Assembly (NCBI RefSeq): GCF_006345805.1
Contig: NC_043015.1
Coordinates: 14,694,001 to 14,758,000 of the forward strand
DNA length: 64,000 nt
From: Octopus sinensis
Lineage: Eukaryota
Reading direction: 5' to 3'
Both the position numbers and the translations under genes were made by a program. Position 1 is the first letter of the stretch. Every line of letters starts with the position of its first letter. The notes below the pieces were generated by a model. That model made no database searches, was not told where the DNA came from, and worked only from the letters and a program-made list of their open reading frames with translations. Of this stretch, positions 54,610 through 64,000 are shown piece by piece.

Positions 54610-55114
54610 AAATAATTAGAAAACGGAGAAAACCATAGATTAACCCACACATCGATTGGACCACATTTATAGCTTATTCATTAATACAGAGCATGACATA
54701 ACAAATCTTACACCCATTTCTAATCAGATTTCCAGAATGCAGTCTATACATAAATGCAAGAATAAAATTCTTCATCTTCATAGAACATTCGAATTAAGGC
54801 AACTGATCTTCATCAGAGTGAAAAAACAAGAGCATATAAAGAAAAGGATGAAGGAAAAGGAAAGAAAGCATGGCTTAGACAAATAGTCTAGAAGCCCAAT
54901 ATGTTAAATGTAAATAATTATTTACCATCAGGGCTACAAGAGCATAGAGTGTCTATTCCCTACACCTTTACTAGGTCACTCTTTTAACTACACTCTTGTA
55001 GCCCTGATGGCTGTAAGATTCGTTATGTCATGCTTTGTATTAATAAATAAGCTATAAGTTTGGTCCAGTCGATGTGTGGGTTAATCTATGGTTTTCTCCA
55101 TTTTCTAATTATTT
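54610..55114. repeat. Inverted repeat with an inner perfect 18-bp stem
   Basis: 103-bp arms at 54610-712 / 55012-114; inner arms at 54925-42 / 54993-55010. Confidence 0.9.
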
Positions 55115-55187
55115 ATATATATATATATATATTTACATTTACATGTATATAAATATGTATATATATACACACACACACATATATCAG

Positions 55188-56061
55188 TTTGGTAAGAAAG
55201 TTCTTGGACACTTTTAACATATCACTTTATTAACAATTAAAAATACAACAAAGAGCAATTAGTCCAAAAGGTAATCACCTTCGTTATTGACCACCTTTTG
55301 CCATCTTTCAGGCAAAGTTTTGAATCCTTTCATCCAGAAATCACATGGCTTTGAATCAATAAAATCAGAAAGAAACGATTTCACATCTTCTTCATTTCCG
55401 AACCCTGTATTGCCAATTGTGCATTGCAAGGCAAAGAATTAGTGGTAGTCAGGAGAATATGGCGGGTGCACCATAATCTCCCAGCCTGCCTCCTTCATCT
55501 TTGACGTCTTCTTTTCATGATGTGATGGCGCGTTGTCTTGGTGGTAAATTATCTTCTTCAAATTTGAGCATTTTTCCGCCAGTTCAATCTTTAGACGGTT
55601 GATTTGTTCTCAGTAGACATCATTGTCAACGGTGGTATTGCATGAGGGAAGATACAACATGGTCACACCACGGCAGTCCCACCAAACTGAAATCATAGCC
55701 TTCTTTTGCACAAGCAGTCATTTTGGCAAAGAGTTTGGCTGTTGACCTTTGCTACATCAGGATTGTCTGCACCTCACATTAGAGTACAGTACCCACTTTT
55801 CATCCATAGTGATTACTGACTCCAACCAATCGAATCTTCGGCTTCGTCAGAGCAGACTTTGACATGCAGTGACATGTGCTTGTTTGTTCACTTCAGTCAA
55901 TTCATGTGTCGCCCATTTTCCGAGCTTGCTGACCTTGCTTAGACAATGCAGGTGGTCTTTATATAGTCACAATAGACACGCTGGCTGCTCCTGATTGGTT
56001 GGCAACACTGATTGGTTGCAGGAGTAAAGGCGGCTTGGTTGTCCAAGAACTTTCTTACCAA
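55188..56061 (-). mobile_element. Internally deleted mariner (DD34D-type) element
   Basis: Perfect 21-bp TIR ttggtaagaaagttcttggac (55188-208 / 56041-61); KWATHEL, TMDEKWVLY, HQDNAPSH, HPPYSPD, LPERWQKVVNNEGDY. Confidence 0.85.
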
Positions 56062-56138
56062 TGTAATATAAATACATATATATACATACATACATATATA
56101 TATATATACACATATAAATTTACATATACATATATATA

Positions 56139-56222
<84 letters not shown>

Positions 56223-56304
56223 CATATACACACATACACACACACACATATATATATTTATATATATACACACTTAGTATACACACATATATATATGTAC
56301 ATAT

Positions 56305-56550
56305 ATCATCATCATTTAACATCTGCTTTCCATGCTAGCATGGGTTGGATGATTTGACTGAGGACTGGCGAACCAGATGGTTGCGCCAAGCTCCAATCTG
56401 ATCTGGCAGAGTTTCTACCGCTGGATGCCCTTTCTAACGCCAACCACTCTGAGAGTGTAGTGGGTGCTTTTAGGTGCCACTGGCACGAGAGCCAGTGTGG
56501 CGGTACTGGCAACAATCACGCTTGAAATGGTGTTTTTTACATGCCACCTG
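56305..56550 (-). mobile_element. RTE-type 3'UTR fragment
   Basis: Similar to 56630-56800 (ttccatgctagcatgggttgg...ggatgccc...aacgccaaccactc); similar fragments at ~21805-22090 (-) and ~59925-60130 (-). Confidence 0.7.
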
Positions 56551-56561
56551 CACAGGAGTCA

Positions 56562-56599
<38 letters not shown>

Positions 56600-56616
56600 A
56601 TACACACACACACATA

Positions 56617-57930
56617 TCATCATCATCATCATCATCGTTTAGCATCCGCTTTCCATGCTAGCATGGGTTGGACGGTTCAACTGGGATCTGGGAAGCCAGA
56701 AGGCTGCACCAGGCCCAGTTTCATCTGGCAATGTTTCTACGGCTGGATGCCCTTCCTAACGCCAACCACTCCATGAGTGTAGTGGGTGCTTTTTACGTGC
56801 CACCGGCACAGGTGCCAGACGAGTCTGGCAAACAGCTACGATTGGATGGTGCTTTTTATGTGCCACCGGCACGGGGGCCAGGTAAGGCTGGCAACGGCCA
56901 CGAATGGATGGTGCTTTTTACGTGCCACCGGCACGAGGCCAGTCGGGGCAGCGCTGGCAACGGCCATATTCGGATGGTTCTCTTACGTGCCACCGGCCTC
57001 TGGTAACTCAGCTGCAATTTCCATTGATCGATTTCAATTCTGATTCTCACTTGCCTCAACAGGTCTTCACAAGTAGAGTTTTGTGTCCCAAGAAGGGAAG
57101 GTATGCATAAGTGGGCTGGCTACATCCCATGTAGAAGGCCACGGGTTATGGTCTCACTTGTCCTGCCGGGTCTTCTTATGCACAGCATACTTCCAGAGGT
57201 CTCGGTCTCTAGTCATTTCCTCAGTGAGACCTAAAGTTCGAAGGTCATGCTTCACCACCTCGTCCCAGGTTTTCCTGCGTCTGCCTCTTCCACAGGTTCC
57301 CTCCACCGCTAGGGTGTGGCACTTTTTCACACAACTATCTTCATCCATTCTCGCCACATGCCCATACCAGCGCAAACGTCTCTCTTGCACACCACATCTG
57401 ATGCTTCTTAGGTCCAGCTTTTCTCTCAAGGTACTTACTCTCTGTCGAGTATGAATACTGACATTATGCATCCATCGGAGCATACTGGCTACATTTCTTG
57501 CGAGCTTACGCATATCCTCAGCAGTCACGGCCCATGTTTCACTGCCATGTAGCATGGCTGTTCGTACACACACGTCATACAGTCTGCCTTTTACTCTGAG
57601 CGAGAGGCCTTTTGTCACCAGCAGAGGTAAGAGCTCTCTGAACTTTGCCCAAGCTATTCTTACTCTAGCAGTTACACTTTCAGCACACCCGCCCCCGCTG
57701 CTGACTTGGTCACCTAGGTAACGGAAGCGATCAACTATTTCTAGTTTTTCTCCCTGGAAAGTGACAGAAGTTGGTCTCAGAGCATTTTCAGTGTTTATTG
57801 TTCCTGAGCATCTGCCACACACAAAAACCATCTTCCTAGTTAGCCTTCGTTTGACATTGCTGCACCTCTTATGTGTCCATAGCTTACACTTGGTGCATCT
57901 TATAGAGTTTCTAACTACACCTTTTCTACA
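56617..57930 (-). mobile_element. 5'-truncated RTE-clade LINE (C-terminal ORF part, 3'UTR, (GAT)n tail)
   Basis: Open frame 57154-57930 with GEKLEIVDRFRYLGD, RVKGRLYDVCVRTAMLHGSETW, RRLRWYGHVARM and GRGRRRKTW; (CAT)n tail at 56617-36; the ORF-track N-terminus upstream of 57930 is microsatellite and flanking sequence. Confidence 0.9.
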
Positions 57931-57980
57931 CACACACACATATATATATATATACACACATATATATATATAATAAATAT

Positions 57981-58022
<42 letters not shown>

Positions 58023-59546
58023 CACATATATTCAGAAGATGCTGAGATAAGAAAAAATTTGACTTTTCAACCCCGTTCATGTACTCCATGTTTAATACAT
58101 AGATCGTAAGCCCCCCCCCCATTCGTTCTCTATTATCTATCTATTTCTTTATCACGTAAACATAGTACCGATAGCTTCATCTTCCTTGTTTGTCTTAAGA
58201 TCATGCATATCTCTTATTAGCGATATTTTATTTATTTATCCTAATCAAGGTTATCATTTCGTTCATTCATTCTCTCTAAATTTGTTTAACCATAGTATAC
58301 AAGGGCAGAAGATGATGCTCTAGTCTAAGCTTGCTGGTTCGTTGGCTATGTTGAGGCCCAAATATTTTTAAGACTCACTGGTCCCACTCCTGAACTATAC
58401 ATTCATTATATTGATGACTGTATTGGTGCAACCCCACTTTTCCGTGAACAGTTAAACTCCTTCCTCTCGTTTGTCCAGAATTCTTCGCTGCCGGCATAAA
58501 TAAGCTACCGATAAAATGACAAAATTGTGTTGATAATTTAGGTGCATACTTTGATTAACCACATTGCTTTTTGTTGAGATAAAGTAAAATAAACTTTCAG
58601 TTCAAAATCAGGCCTGATATATTCAGAAAGAGAGAAAGAGAGAGAGATCATATTGACAGCCCTAATACTTTAAGTTTCACATTCTAATTGATTTAACCAT
58701 ATTGCTCTGAACAAGTAAACCCAGGAAATTTTTTTATGTTGCATATATCTTTTATCTTTTATCTTTTTTTAGTCATTTGACTGTGGCCATTCTGGGGCAC
58801 TACCTTGAAGGGTTTTAGTTGAATGAATTGATCCCAGTACTTATCTTTGAGCCTGATACTTATTCTATTGATCTTTTTTTTGCTAAAATGCTAAGCTATG
58901 GAAATGTAAACAAACCTACACTAATTGTTAAGCAATTGGTGGAGGATAAACACAAATACAAAGAAACACACATCTAGTCACATACAATAGACTTCTTTTT
59001 GATTCTGTCCACCAAATCCGCTCACAAGGCTTTGGTTGGCCTAGGGTTATATTAGAAGACACTTGCCCAAGGTGCCATGCAGTGAGACTGAAACTGGAAC
59101 CATGTGGTTGGAAAGCAAACATCTTACCACACAGCCACACCATATGTTTGTCTGTGCATGCATGTATGTGTTCATATTTGCATCATCCTCACATATGTTT
59201 ACTAGTTGTAAACAACAGCTTACTGACAGTCTTGTTTTATTACAGTACACCATGAAATCATATTTGAGCTTATTGACATGTTTTGTCATGTTGTGTGATC
59301 TTTGATAAAAACAAGGCTCATTCATACCGTATCATTTGTTTCCGGTTCTCTGCATAAATATGTCATAGCTGTTTGTTGTTTGATAGACTGGGAGATTATT
59401 TATTCTTTTGGAAAGAAGTGGGAGGTGGTGACAAGAAGAGTGTTTGATCTAGAAAACACTGTTGCAACATATTTTTATTTGATTTCATGCAAGCATGAAA
59501 AAGTAGATGCTAAAATGGTGGTGGTGGCGAGGAGGAGGAGGATATG

Positions 59547-59581
<35 letters not shown>

Positions 59582-60584
59582 ATATATATATATAAATATA
59601 AATATATATATGTCACAGTATCAACCAGACTATCAGATACTACATATTACTGGTCAGAATACACTTCACATTGTTTTAGCTTTTGAATGATGCCACCCTG
59701 CTTGCTAGATGAGCTGGCCAACATTTCCCGTGATTGGAAGACTAGTCTGTCACAAGGTTATCCATTTACAGCTAAATAGACTGGAGCAATGTGAAATGAA
59801 GTGTTTTGCTCAAGAACACAACACTGCTTGATCAGGGAATTGAACTCATGATGATCTAGCAATTGTGATTGCAATACCTTAACCACTAGACCACACACCT
59901 TCACTATATGTGTATGTGTGTATGTATCATCATCATCATCATCATTTATCAGCCATTTTCCATGCTGGCAAAGGTTAGATGGTGTGACAGGAGCTTCAGG
60001 CCAGAAGACTGTGTCAAGCTTTATTGTCTGCTGTAGCATGATTTCTGTGGCTGGATGCCTCTCCTAATACCAACCACTTGATAGAGTGTACTAGATGCTT
60101 TTTATATGGCACCAGCATCAGTGAAGTCACCAAGTAACTTGAAAGATAAAGACTCCTCAACTGGGAGGGGAGTTGTATTGAAGAGGTGGCTTTGCGTCAG
60201 GTGACGAGAGGTTAAGCTTAGATAGTGACAGAAGTGTCTTACTGTAGAGGAAATACATTGCTATTTCATTTGGAGAGAGAGAGAGAGAGAGGGAGGGAGG
60301 TGGGAGAGAAAGAGGGAGGGAGGGAGAAAGAGAAGATGGTGGCAAATATACACTCAAGGTACATTTGTGTATATGCCCCAGGGTGTACCCTCAAGGTACA
60401 TGGAGGTGATTGTAAATGGTGTGGTACACACGATTGGACAGGGTGAGTGAGCAAGAAGTTCACAAGATTGCAAAGAGGGAGAGAGGAGAAAAGGGGAATG
60501 CAATGAGTAGTGAACAGGGATATAGAGGGGAGTGACAGGATACCAATGATACAGTGGCAGGGGAAGGACTGGAGAGAGAGAGAT

Positions 60585-60615
<31 letters not shown>

Positions 60616-62414
60616 ACGTACTTGTGTGTGAGTGTGCTTAAGTGTGTATGAGTCTGGGCAGCTCCCAACTGGTCAGCTCTATGTCAAACCGTCCAACCCA
60701 TGCCAGTATGGAAAGCGGATGTTAAACAATGATGATTGTGTGTGTGTGAAAATCTATTAGGAAAAATTTTGTTGAGTGCAATGAAAAATTGTTGAGACAA
60801 AAAAAGCTAAATGTTTCATAAAGTGTTTGTTGAAAAATATTCTGTTTAATGAACTTTAATGATGATGTGTGACTACATGAAAGAAAGACTCATATCAATG
60901 GAAGTTTTAATGTTGTTTTGCTTTCACAAACTTCCCACTATAATTTAGAAATTAGAAATGTGTAACTGATTAAGTTTGGCAACAACCTGTAGCTACTTTC
61001 TTAATACTTGAATAATATATTACTTTATCCATGTGTAGTTAGTTGTCTTCTAACAGCTTAATAATTGTCTGTTTTTGTAAATCATAACCGAGGAGGGTTT
61101 CTGTAGTCCAATTTTAATCTTTTACAGTTAGCTTTTTAGCTAACAATGATTTCTATATGCCTTTCAGAAGCAATGTATTATGACTTGAAGGAAACTGATG
61201 TTATAATGCTGGTGATAACAAGGGTTCTTATAATGACAATGGTGGAAATAATTGTACCATCCCTGCTGACATGAAGATTTATTTAGAATATGTAAGATAC
61301 GAATGTAGCACATTTATCCTGAGGTGTTCTGTATGACGAGAATTTTGAATATTCTCTCCTTTTGATAGAAGTGAAAAAGATGTTTGTTGAAGAGTTATAT
61401 TATAGGATTGGTTTCCTAGTAACACAGGTGTCCTTTTATTTCCATCCAGTATAGCTACTGCAGAAATAACATGTTTTAAGTGTGAGATTTCTGTCTAAAA
61501 TCAATGCATAAAGTATTGAAGAAATGCTTTAAAAAAATCATCGATTTCAGCAAATTATAGGTGTTTAAAAGGTTTTTTAAGTGTTAAAATTTGTTTAAAG
61601 TATGTTGCACTCAAGCTGATATATTATTTGAAAAAATTATTAGAAAATATGATTTAGGCTCAAGAGGTGTGACAGCTTTATTTATAGTTTGTGTTTTGAT
61701 GTTAGGTAAATCAAATATTTTGCTGTATCTAAAATTGCTTCATTCTTTTGTAAACAATGATGTAAGTATTCATTGACAAGGTTATTTTTCAGTTAGGTTT
61801 CTTTGTCATTATTATAACCTTTATCAATATCATTATAATTTAGTGTTATCTGTTTTAGTACTAGTTTTCTCATTATGATATCTATTCTTCTTGTCCTTGT
61901 TTCTATAATTACCACTGTGAGCCAACAAATTGCTCTATGTAGTTATTTGACTTGCTAAGTGTAATAGCTAAATCTCTATCAGCTCAACACCTTAACTGCA
62001 TTGCTTGCAAATTAAAAATAACAAAACAATGGTGATATCAACAACATTGGAAGATTATTAAGAAGATTGAAATGACAGACAAGATTACAACATCAAATTA
62101 CTAATCCTGTAGATTGCTATTAAATATTTGATTAGCTTATGCGAACACCCTTACATCCTTGTACTAGTAATTTTAGATATTGTAAAACACAAATAAAGAA
62201 TGTAAATATTTAGCTGAAGTTAGTACTGGGATAAGTATTTTGGCTAACAAGAAAAATTCTTGACATTCTGATTCATTGAGATTATCGATTGAAAAACAAG
62301 ATGAATTGGATGATAGTAACTGGGTAACTAAGTGGCTACTCCCAGACACCTAGGAGTAGCCATTAACACACGCACATATATACAACATATATACAAACAT
62401 ATACTTCTGGGCTA

Positions 62415-62625
62415 CAAGTTTGTGCTGAAAAGTTCCTGGCTTTGTGTAGGATGCAGGAGGATCAGTCAATTATGATTTTATTCAACATATTCCCCTCTCA
62501 GATTCACACCCTTATTGCAGCAGTCCTTCAGTTTTACTAAGCTCTGTAAAAGGACCCAGAAGGCTGGGCCTCCAACCAGGTCTTTCATGATACCCTTAAA
62601 GTCAGGAACTTTTCAGCACCCTGTT
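62415..62625 (-). mobile_element. Mariner-derived MITE (same family as 1787-2003)
   Basis: Same TIR and interior. Confidence 0.75.
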
Positions 62626-64000
62626 ATATATGTCTGAGCCACATGCACTACAACTGCTCAACAATTACAGCAATTAGCAATAATTACTATGGTTGTTAAG
62701 TGTCATTAACCAATTAGTCACAGTAGTGAAGAAAAACAAATACATTATTTTTAGTCATAACTATTTTATGAAATTTGAGTGGTAGACTTAATCTGTCCCC
62801 CTGATTGAAACCTTTAACAGTTAAATTAAATTTCATGATTATTCCAGAAATGACCTTAATTATCTACCAAAAAATAGATTTGGTATTTTCTGCAAGTCAT
62901 GTTGCCTAATTAAACTTGGTACATCTCAACAAAAATAGTCACAAACATGACATTCCTCAACAAAAGATAGAATGATATATAAAACTACTTTTTGTAGTTA
63001 AGGGTAATGAAATTTTGAGTGGATACGTGTGATTTAGCAATAAAATTTAACATAAACCACTTAGTTCTTGGCAGCATTTAGCAGAATCCATTCTGTTGCA
63101 GTCATTTGGGCCAAATTTCCAGTCTAACGATAGCTCATCCTGTTCCTCCCCTGAGTCATGGAAGCTGAAAAATGTGTCATTATTGCTGCCCTTCCTCATC
63201 TGATTGATCTGTTAAACAAATGCTCCATTTGATTCCCCATTTCCTCATTGATTTGTTAATAAAAGGAAACAACGAGTACTTCAGATGAAAATGTATTTAA
63301 ATAAGGTTTTAAAACAGCTAGGTTTTTATAAACAGACAAGTTGAAAACAACTGATTGTGTCTTAAAACATAAAGCTAGTATAGTGTTCAGTTGGATTAAT
63401 TAGTTGATGTTGATGTTTATCCTGAGGAAAACAATGTTTGAGCAGACCAATGACGAAAGGCATTCCAACCATGCCCATCTTGTTAATTTCTCAGGAATTG
63501 CACAGTTAAGATTAAATTATCCAGTGTGTTTCTCTTTTTTCAGTACAGTAGAAGTTTGGTTTGAGAGATGTTTGGTTGCTATTTTTAGCAGGTTCAAAGA
63601 TCATGTAGAAGCTCTGTTTTTGACTTATTGGATTAAGTAGTTACTGTTGCTAGTCTGTCTAAATTAATTTACCATAGTAACTCTGGGTTATATAGGAGAA
63701 TGTTTAAATTATTGTCGAAATTACTATCTTTACCAAGTGTCATGGTGTTATAATGAGACTACTACAGAATGTATTGGTGAAAAATTGTCAGTTTGTGATG
63801 TTGCTTTAATGAGATGATGGTTGCTAAAGTGAAACACTGATCTAGAACGTGTGATAGCACTATAGTATAATGGTGCCATAGTGTGATAGTGCTAAACTGA
63901 AATATTATAATAGTGTAAAAAAAAATGTTAGTAGTATACATTGAGTTTGGAGTTACAGAGTAACTTGATGTCATTGAATAACTCAGAATGAAAGAGAAAT

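Larger units (their letters stand above)
2361..59140. repeat. Further older family A SINE copies
   Basis: Approximate spans: 2361-2707(-), 2770-3130(+), 9960-10375(-), 11860-12260(+), 12510-12903(-), 14220-14440(-), 20575-20830(-), 20841-21125(+), 29305-29630(+), 38000-38410(-), 47085-47895(+), 51880-52070(-), 52840-53220(-), 58755-59140(-). Confidence 0.75.

Noticed and set aside
54770-54820. CUGAUGA...GAAU hammerhead-like text on the - strand
   Set aside because: Stems I and II cannot be paired convincingly
57931-58122. N-terminal 64 aa of the 322-aa ORF
   Set aside because: Microsatellite and flank fused in frame by chance; not LINE sequence
63050-63200. 50-aa acidic - strand frame (SGEEQDELSLDW) next to a piggyBac-like MITE
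   Set aside because: Could be a transposase N-terminal relic, but too short to support
1-64000. tRNA genes, rRNA, CRISPR arrays
   Set aside because: A/B boxes belong to SINE heads; the tandem arrays lack unique spacers; no rRNA-like sequence was seen

Overview
AT-rich, repeat-dense eukaryotic DNA. It is most likely intronic sequence of an octopus (coleoid cephalopod) genome; this is inferred from my recall of the SINE, RTE-LINE and MITE families, not from a database search. No complete gene is present. I see only weak candidate exons of an unidentified + strand host gene (best: 39151-39203 and 23505-23598). Most ORF-track entries are microsatellite or SINE artefacts. Recognisable elements: three tRNA-SINE families (more than 25 copies); RTE LINE pieces (an open C-terminal fragment with a PHD-like finger at 57154-57930 and an APE endonuclease relic); a CR1-like 3' fragment; decayed Tc1 (DD34E), maT (DD37D) and mariner (DD34D) transposons; TA-flanked and TTAA-flanked MITEs; and a Helitron 5' relic. 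The main unexpected signal is a set of seven minimal type-I hammerhead-ribozyme motifs. Two of them form a near-perfect 76-bp palindrome (40156-40313), one ribozyme on each strand. The other five each carry one or two lesions in the core or stem III. Two large nested inverted repeats lie at 53466-54146 and 54610-55114. All coordinates were read by hand; repeat boundaries are approximate.
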